Origin: Vitrella brassicaformis CCMP3155
Taxonomy: Eukaryota > Protista > Chromerida
Length of the DNA stretch: 64,000 bases
Direction of reading: 5' to 3'
Assembly (NCBI GenBank): GCA_001179505.1
Contig: CDMY01000603.1
Location: 62,001-126,000 of the forward strand
Part shown: piece by piece, positions 44,625-55,481 of the stretch
Layout: each line of letters starts with the position of its first letter
How positions within the stretch are numbered: the first letter of the stretch is position 1
Made by a program: the position numbers and the translations under genes
The notes under the pieces: generated by a model
Database searches by the model: none
What the model was told of the DNA's origin: nothing
What the model saw: the letters and a program-made list of their open reading frames with translations, nothing else

Positions 44625-45355
44625 TCACTCGGCTTCTATACCCCCAATGTCCTCCTCGCCCACTTCACGCCTCTCTCCCTCCTCGACCCCGACAGCAGCA
44701 GCAGCAGCAGCAGCACAGCTGTCGTCGGGCTGTTCTGCTGGCGGGGCCGCCTCTTCTTCTCTTGTCTCCTCGATAACAGTATTCTGGACCTCATCTCTCT
44801 CCATTTCACCTGCTGCAGCAGCTGGAAAAGAGAGGAGACAACAGCACACAACGTCATCAATGAAGACCGAGACATGACTAAAAGCACTGACCGTCTGTCC
44901 GCGAACGCTTCGACGGCTGTCCCTCCGCCTCCTCCATATGTTCATCCTCATCGCGTGTGCGTTTCATGTGTACCAGAGAAGGGGAGAAATCCGGAAACAG
45001 TGGGGGAGGGAAAAACGGCTGTCTCGGGCTCATCATTTCTGACGACGACCCGCTCGACGAAGACTTCTTGTCTTCATCCTCATCCTCGTACTTCGCCAGT
45101 ATTCTCCTCGGGTAAAAGAAGTCTGTCCACACACACACGTCCATACGACGAGAAAAGGTGAGCTTCAGGGGACAATGTTATGCGCCACTCACTCATGCGC
45201 TTGAATTGAGGCGTCGCATTGGGCGAGGGTGCATCGATGGTGGGCGACCAGACACGACGATAGATGCGCTGGGGCGAGAGGGAGGGCGAGGGCGAGGGCG
45301 TGGGATGTTGAGCCGGAGGCTCCATCGCGTCATCGTTGCATCCAGACGCAGCCAT
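44625..45355 (-). CDS. Small acidic, proline-rich hypothetical protein with a bipartite NLS-like segment
   Basis: MAASGCNDD...FKRM|NFFYPRRILAKYEDEDEDKK...KRTRDEDEHMEEAEGQPSKRSRTD|AAAAGEMERDE...; the 3' end is uncertain. Confidence 0.55.
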
Positions 45356-45479
45356 CGGTCGAACTCTGTTGGATCAACGGGAACAGAGGGCCTCTCAGGA
45401 GAGTCGCTTCGGCCAGACAAGCCCTGCCCGCGCAGGACGACTGCCTGACTGCCGATTCGGAGACGGAATGGCCCCCACT

Positions 45480-45487
45480 GCGAGCTT
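45480..45487 (+). promoter_or_regulatory. GCGAGCTT motif at the centre of a divergent promoter
   Basis: Lies between the ATGs at 45355(-) and 45613(+), essentially at the midpoint. Confidence 0.55.
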
Positions 45488-45612
45488 GGCCCCCACACAG
45501 AAACGGTTCATGTGGAATCCAAGGCTGAGACAAACATGTGGAAGCCGTCCGAGGATGATCTCACTGCCGCAGAGAACGCCATCACACGAGGTACAAAGAT
45601 CTGTTGGATCTG

Positions 45613-47596
45613 ATGCGCTTCATTCATCTTTCGTCGTTGCTGGCAGCATCAGATCTGCCCCTGGAAGTGAGGCGTTCGCTCAAGCAGTGCCTTGATCTGT
45701 GGCGCACAGTTGCAGAAGAAAACACGGACGATGAATGCAAGAGGTGGGAGGCACTTCACTTCCCTCCGTGACGTTCTCTTCTCATGTGTACTCATCGATT
45801 GCATCTTCTCTGTGTTGCCTTACTTATCGCTGCATCAGTACGTCACGAGAGGACGTGAAGAGCCTCGCGGATGAGCTGAGCGCACGAGCGTGGGAAAGGT
45901 AAGGTGAGCAAAGGCAAAAGAAGCAGTTCACTCACTCACGCGTGTTGCCACCCGACCCTATCCATCAATGCAGGTTGCATTCCGGCCCTTACAAGGACGT
46001 ATCGCTCTCGTGCCGGCAGCTGTATGGCCTCACCTGCCTCATCCAGTCGTCCCTGCACCTCACATCACTCAAGAGTGATGCGCCCCGTCCATCAGACCAA
46101 GACGAGCAGCAGCTGCAGGAGGCCTTCCGTGCAGTGGACCTCGGTATATATATTGCAAGGACTGACACTGTATGGGTGATGCGCTCGTGGCTGCCGGTGT
46201 GTGCCTGTGGAGGAGGTCTTCAGGTCTGATAATGGGCGGTGAGGGTCCGCAGCGGCAACTTCTTCTTGACCTGGCGAACCACTTGCAGCAGCTGTCAGAG
46301 CAGTGGGATGAAGCTGAACCACCAGCCAAGGTCAGCAAGGAGATTCCACACGAGTAGACCTTCCTGTCGTGCGGCACGGACAGGTCGTGATTGTGTCTGA
46401 CAGCGTCAGCGCACTCAGGGGCCGCTGGAGCCGTCAGTGGCCATCCCCACCGCGGCATCTGCATCATCCATCCCCACACTTGACGCAGGTGGGTGCGGAG
46501 GGACTGGGGAAGCTGTTCTTCAAGAGCGCACTCATCGTGTGTACGTGCTTGCTCCTCAGAGCCCGATCTGGAGACGTTCCTGGTGCAGTTCTTTTTGCCA
46601 AAGAAGCCCGTGCTGCTCAGAGGTGTGTTCAGGTCATGGCCTGCTGTGGACAAGTGGAGGGACTTCTCCTATCTGAGGAAGGTAAGGTAAACAAACCTGC
46701 GACACATCACATCGATCGCCTTCGGGCCACGCAAAGCACATGTTTGTGTTAATGCGTTTCTGCAGGTCGCTGGCCGTCGCACAGTCCCCGTTGAGATAGG
46801 TCCGTACGTAAGTAACACGACTCACCCACCTGTCTGCCAGAAAGGGCGCTCGTGTGGAAGGGAGGGACCTGCCTTTATCTGTGTCTGTCTGCAGGCAGCA
46901 GCTACATCGAGGATGACTGGACACAGCGGCTGATGCCTCTGCGAGAGTTCCTCGACACCTACATCGCCACCCAGGCCGACCACCCGTCAGCAGCAGTGGC
47001 CTACATGGCGCAGCACACGCTGTTCGACCAGGTCCCCCAGCTGGCCGCCGACATTCCGATCCCGGCCATCACTGCGTGCGGCGACACCTCCACCCTCATC
47101 CGCATGGCCTGGATCGGGCCAAAAGGCACTGTGTCGCCGCTGCACACTGACCCTTACGAGAACCTGTTTGCACAGGTCAGGGGGGCCAAGTATGTGCGGC
47201 TCTACTCGCCGGAGGAAACGCCTAGACTCTACCCTTTCAAAAAGGTCACAGTGAAGGCAGCACCATTCTGCGGACGGTGTGGGTATGCGTATGTCGGTTC
47301 GATGCAGGGTATTCTGACCAACACGTCGAGTGTGCAGGCCGACATACGAGACGGCTCAGTCGATGCAGCCAAGTTCCCTGTAAGCAAGCGAGCGACCTTG
47401 ATTCTGTTCTGTGTGAGCATTGCATTGCATTGCATATGTGTTCGTACGCTCATGTGTGTGGATGCAGGAGTTCGGCAAGGCGTCTTACGTTGACTGTGAG
47501 GTGGGGGCGGGCGATGCGCTGTTCATTCCCAAGGGGTGGTGGCACTTCATCAAGTCGCTCGACGCATCCATATCAGTGTCTTTTTGGTTCGAGTGA
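45613..47596 (+). CDS. KDM8: JmjC-domain hydroxylase JMJD5/KDM8 family
   Basis: AWE|RLHSGPY; KPVLLRGVFRSWPAVDKW; VAGRRTVPVEIG|SSY; YMAQHTLFDQVPQL; WIGPKGTVSPLHTDPYENLFAQVRGAKYVRLY; ALFIPKGWWHFIKSL...SVSFWFE* (HxD...H iron ligands). Confidence 0.92.
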
Positions 47597-48112
47597 GGGA
47601 GTGAGCGGGCGTGGCGTCGTGTCCTACATCCCCATGGGGACGGACGGGAGGTGTGCATAGCTAGGGACGTACATTCAGAATGGGTGCGTGTGTGACGACA
47701 GACAGACAGACGGACAGCACTGACTTGATGCGTACAAGGAGTGAATGTCGACAGTCCTCGACAATCGCATGAATGCAATGCATTGCACACCGGCAGTGAA
47801 GTGCCTGCCTTATCCAGCCAAGAAGGGGGAAAGCAGCCAGTCAGATGCCCTGCCTGCCTCCCGCTCGGCTCGCTCATCTCATCCATTCCTTCCACCATGC
47901 GACCATCAGTCGCTTGGAGCCATCCAGATCAGACACATACACACCATACACCTTCCCAAACTACACAGCAGCCGTGTGCACGGGCGGTCTTGGTGGGGCG
48001 GCCACTGAGCGCGACTGCATGTTGATACGTCTGCAGCAATGGCACGAACACACCGACCGCAGCGATGCATGCATACGACACGCACTCCTCTCCTCTCTCC
48101 TCGTTTGCTCGC

Positions 48113-48559
48113 TCACTTGAGGTTGTTCTGGTAGGCGTTGAGCATCCTCTTGATGGCCATCGCATTGGTGCCATCCACCAGCACCACCCGCCGTTTCTTC
48201 ATCTTCTTCTGCCCGCTCTTCTTGCTCAGGAGATGCTGCCTCCCCACTATCTTGCGCATCAGCTTGCCCCCAGCCGTCACCTTGATCCGCTTCGCCGCAG
48301 CCTTGACCGTCTTCCTTTCTCCGGGCGTGTGTTTGCGCATTGTCAGGACGCTTCGCGTCGACGGCAGCGGCATCGCAGAGGGGGAGAGGGCGAAGGGGGA
48401 GGGACGCACTGCCGCCACGTGGGGCAGAAAGGCCTCAGAAGACTCCAGCAGCAGATCACGCAGAACGGACGGGTGGATGTCAAGATCTTCAGATGAGGCC
48501 GCTCCTGCCTTCATGACGAAGGCCGCGACGGCCGATAGGCACACCCACGGCCACTTCAT
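48113..48559 (-). CDS. rpl35: Nucleus-encoded plastid ribosomal protein bL35, intronless, bipartite presequence
   Basis: KTVKAAAKRIKVTAGGKLMRKIVGRQHLLSKKS matches the L35 signature. N-terminal signal peptide plus an AF-containing transit region. Confidence 0.88.
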   Translation of the reverse strand: MKWPWVCLSAVAAFVMKAGAASSEDLDIHPSVLRDLLLESSEAFLPHVAAVRPSPFALSPSAMPLPSTRSVLTMRKHTPGERKTVKAAAKRIKVTAGGKLMRKIVGRQHLLSKKSGQKKMKKRRVVLVDGTNAMAIKRMLNAYQNNLK

Positions 48560-48592
48560 TGCGCAGACGGGTGGAACGGAGATCTACGGAAA

Positions 48593-48600
48593 AAGCTCGC
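48593..48600 (-). promoter_or_regulatory. GCGAGCTT motif upstream of rpl35
   Basis: AAGCTCGC on the + strand, 34 bp upstream of the ATG at 48559. Confidence 0.5.
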
Positions 48601-48722
48601 AATTGATGGAGGGGAGGAGGACGTGGCCGGTGGGTTGAGATTGTCAATGACTCATGGAGAGGCTGTGGCAAGGAGAGTAGCATCAGTGCAGGCTGAAAGT
48701 CTGCCGCGTGACGAGCGGCAGT

Positions 48723-48726
48723 AAAA
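48723..48726 (-). terminator. Pol III oligo-T terminator of tRNA-Asp
   Basis: TTTT begins 2 nt after the tRNA 3' end on the minus strand. Confidence 0.6.
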
Positions 48727-48727
48727 G

Positions 48728-48799
48728 CTCTCCGGCCGGGAATTGAACCCGGGTCTGCCGCGTGACAGGCGGCGATACTAGCCACTATACTACCAGAGA
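48728..48799 (-). tRNA. trnD: tRNA-Asp(GTC)
   Basis: TCTCTGGTAGTATAGTGGCTAGTATCGCCGCCTGTCACGCGGCAGACCCGGGTTCAATTCCCGGCCGGAGAG: 72 nt, 7-bp acceptor stem, anticodon arm GCCGC-CTGTCAC-GCGGC, T-loop GTTCAAT, G discriminator. Confidence 0.97.
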
Positions 48800-48973
48800 T
48801 CTGGGAAAAAGCGAGAAACACTGCGCATGGTCACGACCAACGTACTAGGCCTTGTGTATGGCGATGGGAGAGAGCGTCTCCACCTTGTTTGTCTGCTGTC
48901 ACGCGGCAGACCCGGGGGTTTGACCGGACACACTGCCTCTGTCACCAACGCATGGAATCAGATGGGGGAACCA

Positions 48974-49000
48974 AAGCTCGCGAATTCAATTAAAGCTCGC
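48974..49000 (-). promoter_or_regulatory. Two tandem GCGAGCTT motifs
   Basis: AAGCTCGC at 48974-48981 and 48993-49000, upstream of the + strand gene at 49285. Confidence 0.5.
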
Positions 49001-49284
49001 ACGGAGAGAGGAAGAGGAGAGACGCGCCGCGGCGCCATCACCACAACAACAGAGTGTGGCTCGGTGCAGCTTGATAGACGAGTCTGAACAACGTCGCGGC
49101 ATCGCATCCACTGAGATCTCCGACACCGCAGCGGGCCTCTGCGTGGAGCCTCAGACGTTCATCTGCAGCGTGTAGCTCACAACAGGCGGCCGAGTATCTC
49201 ATTAAGGACGGGGGAGACCCATCGGTTGTGTCATCATTCGCCAGCGTCAGTGCGTGAGAGCGTCACATCGGTGGGTGCGTCAGG

Positions 49285-52200
49285 ATGTATCGCATCAAGG
49301 TTGGCTTCTCGCGCGGCAATCTGCGTTGGATGCTGATTGATCCCAACATTACGTGGGAGGATTTTAAGAGGGAGGCACTGAGGAAACTGACGGGACCCAT
49401 GACAAAGCTGGACACCAGGTAGGTGCTGGTCAAATGGGAACACACAGAGGGAGGCAGGCAGGCAGGGAGAGGGGGCCGTGGAGGGGGTGGGCGATGGATG
49501 CAAGAAGGCCGTGGGTGGGTGCAGAGAGGGATGCATGGGTGTTGGCTGTCTGCACGAGACAGAGTGGCGTCTCCCGTGTGTGGACGTGTTGATGTATGTG
49601 TTTGTGTGTTGCCATGCCATGCAGGCTGTTGACAGCTCATTGCGATGGCGCTGCCGTTGACGAGATATCATTGCTCCGGGAAGGTCAGTCGATCCTAACT
49701 AACAGTGCACCCGTCGTGCACGTCACAGGGCTGTGCGTCGGTCGTTTCATTTAGGTGATGAAGTGATCTTGCAAACCCCAGAGGTGAGTGCCTGAGCGCA
49801 CACACCACACACCACACACACAGACACGCTCATCTGATCTCATCTCTCCCTGTGTTGCTTGTGTTCCCCTTGGTTGGTTGATTCATTCGTTCAGTACAAG
49901 GAGGAGCATGACGACCTGACCGAGAGCACCAAGCACCCAGCGTCCGACTCGCTCGGCAACGTGCAGCAGTCGAGCGACAACCTGGACGGCATGGAGGGGC
50001 CCGACACCGACAGGCAGCGCAACGCCGGGATGCTCACCTCGCCGGAGAGGAAACGCATTCTCGTCACTTACGAGGTCAGTCGGGCCTCCCAATAGAGAGA
50101 GTGGGGGGAGGGGTCTGTCTATCCAATTGGATATCACTCATTGTATGTATGTGTGTATGTGTTTATGTGTTTGCGTGTAACAATGATAGGCTGAGGACGA
50201 TGGTTCGCAAGTGACTGTGCGCAAGGGCGACATCGTTCAAGTCTACATTTACGAGGACTCGGGATGGGCATACGGAGAGTAAGGCAGACAGACAGACAGA
50301 CAGACCATCACACACTCATCGAGGGGAGGGAGGGAGGGAGGGAGGGACACACTCACTTCGATCACATTTAACTCGTTGCCTGTCTGTCTGTCTGTGTGCA
50401 GGACCCCATCCGGCCTCCGTGGCTGGTTCCCCAAGCACTGCATCGCCGACCTCGCCACCCCGCCCCGCGTCCTAGACCCATCGCAGCCCCATCCACACCC
50501 ACACGGGCAACACCAACCCCCAGCCCCACAGATACTCACACAAGACAAGCCCGGTCCCCGCTCCCCACAGATCATCCATGCCCTCGCCCGCGTCAACCAG
50601 CACCAGCAGCCCAACCCATTCTTGCACGACCAGCAGGACCACGGCCTCTACAACCGACAGCCGCCATACGGTCAGCACCCGCACCAGCAGCACCAGCACC
50701 AGCAGCAGTCCAACGGCATGCAGCAGAACGCATTCGGCGGCCCACCACCACACGCACAGGGTGGCGGAGGAGGCGGGATGGGCCGCGGGAGGGGCGGGCC
50801 CATCCCCATCCCATTCAACGCATCCGCGCGCCCCAACATGGGCCGGAGTGGGAGCGGTGGGGCTGGCCCTGGCCCAGGGGGTCCGCAGGGCGGGGTCTTC
50901 CCTGGCCGCGGCGGTCCTGGCGGTCCTGGTGGGCCGCAGCCTGTGCGAGGCGGTCCGTGGGAGCGGCCGCCCGCCAGATGGGGCAGCGAGAGGGGCCAGG
51001 CGGCTGGAGGGGGTGGGGGTGGGGGCGGGCCAGGCATGAGGCCGCCTATGGGAGGAGGAGGCCCAAGGGGACCCAGACCACCACCCCCAAATGACGGTAC
51101 GCTGAGACAGAGAGAGAGACAGAGAGAGAGAGAGCGTGAACCTTTCGCTTCGTCTGTGCATCCATATCCATCTGTCTGTCTGTCTGTCTGTGATATCCTT
51201 CATGTCTGAGCAGGGTGGGGCCCTCGTGGCGGCCAGCGTCCGATGTCGTTCGGCCGCCAGAATGTGTCCGATCAGTCCGACGCATCACCCTACCATGACA
51301 CCCGCCGCGGAACCCCCAACACCGTCTCGCGCTACTTCGACCGACATGACGACCGCGAGAGGGACGACACTGGCGGCCCTCGACGGCCGCCGGGGGGTGG
51401 GCCGGGGGGCGTGCGGGGCCCTGGGCGCCCTCCCGCCAACAATGGTGGGTTCGGTGCTTTTGAAAGGAGGGAGCCGATCCTGAACGAGCGGCACTTTTGC
51501 ACCCAGTGCCACAAGACCGAGATGGAAATCGGACGCGTGATGGAGGTCAGTGCGTCCGTGGATGGGATGGATCTGCGGGTGGGTGCGGTGCGCGAATGGA
51601 ATGGGGGGAGATATATATACAACGCAATTGGCCCCGCGTCTCTGTGTGATGTGCCTTGCAGCAGTGTGAGGGCTGCGGCTATGCGAGGTACTGCAGCAAG
51701 GCGTGCAACCAGAAAGACGCGCAGCGGCACACCGAGTCGGGCGAATGCGAGAAGTTCAGGCGCGCGGTGAGAAATATAGGCCACCCCACCTCAGCCCATC
51801 AGCTCATCTGCGTGTCTGTCTGTGTCGACATACACTGTCGGTGTTTGGATCAGAGGGAGCAGTTCAACGCCACGACAGAGTATCGTGGCCCTCGTGGCGG
51901 CAGCACTAACTCAGGCAGCTTCCGTGGAGGAGGAGGAGGAGGAGGAGGAGGACGGTAAGCCAACACCACAACACACACCATCCATCCCAGACCCAACAAC
52001 ACCCCTCTCCCTCTGCCCCTACATCCATCTAGGTCGTCATTCCCGTCCTCCGACGGCGGCCGCCACTTCGCCGCGTCGAGCACGTCCCGGTACCCGCCCC
52101 GGCCGCCAGGTCAGCGGTACATCCCACTCGACAGCCCGCCCTCGCGGCCCAAAGGCAACCGGTCGCTGCACCGCGACCCTGGTGCGGGCCGCATGGCGTC

Positions 52201-52489
52201 CATCTGGCCCGATGAGCTGGAGGAGCAGGACCAGAAGGATAACACCAAGGACAGCGACAGTGCGGCGGTGGCGGAGAATGGAAACAAAGATAAGGACAAG
52301 GCCAAGGACGGCAAGAAGGACGGCAAGAAGGACAGCAGCGGCGGCAGCGGCAGCAGCAGCAGCAGCAGCAACGCGACGGCAGACAAAGCGGGTGGTGCTG
52401 GGGGTGGCGGTGGTGCGGGCAAGGATGATGCCTCAGAGGGAGGCAAGAAGGCGTCGGCGTCTGGGGGCACGGAGGGGGACAAGAATTAG
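49285..52489 (+). CDS. KHA/ubiquitin-like + SH3 + RGG/Pro-rich + MYND zinc-finger protein
   Basis: N-terminal DGAAVDEISLLRE|GDEVIL; SH3 RILVTYE|AEDDGSQVTVRKGDIVQVYIYEDSGWAYG|ETPSGLRGWFPKHCI; MYND CTQC...|QCEGCGYARYCSKACNQKDAQRH....EC; TAG at 52487-52489. Confidence 0.78.
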
Positions 52490-53032
52490 TGACTGAGGGA
52501 AGATGGACGGACGGACGCAATGCCTATTTGTACCTACCTGATCGTGGGGTGGGTGGGTGGGCTGGCGCGTGCAACCGTGCCTCTGACACGGGGAGGGGGA
52601 GGGGGGGAACAAGGGCGGGGGGGGGTGCTCTTTGTGTGCTGCTTGGGCGTCTCTTCCTCGGTTCGCGAGTCAGGCGATGGCCACCTCACACCGAGACGGC
52701 TTTTCGCTCACAACTTATGAGGGAAAGGTCGTTTGGGAGGGCAATGCCATCGTCGCGCGAGCTGAGGGGAGAGCGACACGGTCGGTACTGCGTCACGGAT
52801 CACACGTGGGTGTGGGGGCTGGGATGGGTTAATTCGATTCACAGGGGGTAGGTGCATGGACGGACGTTCGGATGGATGGATGCCCGCCACATAGGCTCTC
52901 GTCTGCCTGTCGCTCTCTCTGCCTCTTGGATCCCTCCCATTTTTGATGTGACGTCTGCTCGCACCTCGGCCGGCGGACCAACCAACCGACCGACTGACTA
53001 ACTGACACAGACAGTCTGCTGTCTCTCGCTCC

Positions 53033-53830
53033 CCACTTGCATTCCCGTCTGTCTGTCTGTCTTTCTGTATTTGTTGAGAGCACGCCCGTCCCCCATGCCG
53101 CCCTCCCTCCCTCCCTCCCTCCCTCTGTCGCACGCCAGCCACCACCGCTCTCCCTCTCTCTAGCCACCTAGGTATCCTATAGCCCAATGCTAACTAACTG
53201 CGTGGATGCGTGGTGGTCATCATCCGTGTGTGGTGTGGTTGATTGGGATCAGTCAATGGTGTTTTCTGCCTTGCTTGCTTCACTTGCTGCCCGACGGTGT
53301 GGTGTGGTGTGCCGATGGCCTGGCCCGGCCCCCCTGCTTGCGGCCCGGATAGCTAGCCCCTGAGGTCTAGCCTGCGTGGGTGGCCACGTAGTGTGAGTCT
53401 CCCTCTCTCTCTCTCTGTCTCTCTCTCTCTCTCTCGCTCTGTGTGTGTGTGTGTGTGTGTGTGTGGCGAGAGTATCTGTGGAGTGTCTTGTCTGTCTGTC
53501 TGTCGCTGCGTGTGCGTGTTGGTGCGTGTTTGTCCATTGATTGATTGATGGCTCGTGCTCGTGTGTGGTGGTGATGTGATGGTCAGTCATTGTCTTTGTT
53601 GGTTGACTGGATGGTTGGGCGGGCTGTGGTGGGTGGCTGGGTCCAACACCACTCACTCCCCACCCATCCATCCATCCACTCAGCCATTGGTTCATTGCAC
53701 TGTTTTTGCTCGGCTCATCACTCTCTAGTGCAGTGCTGGCAAACCTTTCCTCTGACTCACTGACGGTGGATCCATCGGTGGGAGGGATGCATCCACACAC
53801 ACCTATCTGCATGCCTGCCTGTCTGCCCGC

Positions 53831-53865
<35 letters not shown>

Positions 53866-54110
53866 GGTGCGGCCATCCGTGACGGTGGCATGACGGGCGG
53901 AGAGGCGTGCAGATCAGATGGACGTGTAGGCTGCCAGAGAGCACATTCCATTCATTATTCCTTGTGTGTGGGTGTAAGATAAAGGACCGGCTCATCAGAC
54001 ACACACACACACATACAACATGGGACGCAGTGAGTGTGCTGCTGTGAGTGAGGAGGATGTGGTATGTGGCATGAGTGAGTCAATGCATGAAGAATGAAAG
54101 CTCGATAGCT
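53033..54110 (+). repeat. ~1.08 kb direct repeat, copy 1 (non-coding)
   Basis: Near-identical to 55482-56504, with scattered substitutions and microsatellite length differences. Confidence 0.9.
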
Positions 54111-54240
54111 CGCTCATTCACGAAATTCGCAAACCCTACGCACGCATAATTAGGGGTCAGCTGAGCACTTTATCGCTCCCCCCGCCCCCCTGCATTGGGG
54201 AAAAGCCTCCCGGTCGCAGGGTTCCAAACCCTGCGAGCTT
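54106..54240. promoter_or_regulatory. Orphan promoter-like cluster: 2x GCGAGCTW, 2x AAACCCT and a 10-bp hairpin
   Basis: TAGCTCGC at 54106-54113, AAACCCTA at 54131-54138, AAACCCT at 54226-54232, GCGAGCTT at 54233-54240. TCGCAGGGTT-cca-AACCCTGCGA at 54214-54236. Confidence 0.4.
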
Positions 54241-54908
54241 AGACGTGCTGGAAGGAAAGGGAGGCGCCCAAAGCGCACAGATCCCAACAGAGAGGCTCAC
54301 AGGAAGGCCATGCACGCAGCCAGGAGCAGCCAGAAGGTTAAATCTCTGCTGCTGACGTGCCTTTGTGTGTGTCTGTGTCAGAGATGGGCGTGTTGCGCCA
54401 AGGGGAGTGCCCCTGTCCTGGTGACGCACAACAAACTTACCATCATCTGTATTTCAAGAAGGTCATTATATACCAACACACGGTCTCCTGGGATGCTGTC
54501 CTTGGTTTGCTTGAGCCGTAATTGTGTCTGTATTGGTCAGATGCTCCGCTTAATTGCACCAGGGAGTGGATGGGATGGATGCATTGCCGCCCTTTAGATG
54601 TCACCGTGTTGGGCGAGGACATAGGTCCCTGGTGCCAGAGGTTCAAGGGCTCACGGTGACGTCACACGAGGAGGAAGGCACATATATTCCGAATGCTTGG
54701 TGCTGTGTGTGACGTGCTGCGACCCATGCGGCTCGACGAGGAATGCTTTTCCTTAGGCATTTTGCAGGTCATTATGTCCGCCAGCGAGAGGGCTTTACGG
54801 TGGTGTGGGCCGCGGGACTTTTGGAGCAATAGCGGAACTTTCTAGAGGGCATTTGTTTCTGTGGGCATAAGGCTGAGCATCTGGAGGGAGTCAGGGGGAC
54901 CTTGCCGC

Positions 54909-55011
54909 CCCTACAAAAGTTCCGCCCGCCTCTCTGCTGCCCTACAAAAGTTCCGCCAGCCTCTCTGCTGCCCTCTGCTGCCCTTCAAAAGTACCGCCAG
55001 CCTCTCAGCCG
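54909..55011 (+). repeat. 31-bp minisatellite, about 3 copies
   Basis: CCCTACAAAAGTTCCGCCAGCCTCTCTGCTG-type units at 54909, 54940 and 54981, plus a 10-bp partial unit at 54971. Confidence 0.85.
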
Positions 55012-55206
55012 GTCTTTATCTCATCGCTGAGGGTGCTGCTGCCGTCAGACAGCACTCACAAGGAGCATGGCTCGTGCATTGGGATGCGCTGCTGCTGATA
55101 TGCGGCCGTGTGCGTGTGTGCTGCGCTTCAATGGCCGGCTGCATCGACAGCCGCTTAGGTGTGCCAAGCAGACAGAGCGAGGGCGGATATTTCTGTGTGT
55201 GGCCAA

Positions 55207-55242
<36 letters not shown>

Positions 55243-55481
55243 TGGGTGTGTGGACGCGTGGAAACCTCTGACCATTCTGCTGCTCGGCGGGTGAAGATAC
55301 TGAACTGATTCCGACACATTGCCGGCATGGCTGTGTGCATTCACGCACTCATGTGTTTGGCTGGCCTCCCTGCTGCTGCACACACACACACACGTGTGTT
55401 TCTCTTGTGTGTGTGCAGCACCAGCAGCAGCAGCAGTGGATGGCAACGGACGGATCTGCCTTGCTGCGGTCTGAAGGCCTG

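Noticed and set aside
54140-54215. Weak U1-like words on the minus strand (GAGGCTT...TGCA...GCTGACCCCT)
   Set aside because: The 5' ACTTACCTG and the Sm site are missing and the spacing is wrong. A covariance-model search would be needed to revive this.
54909-55011. CRISPR array
   Set aside because: The repeats are contiguous with no unique spacers, the context is eukaryotic, and there are no cas genes.
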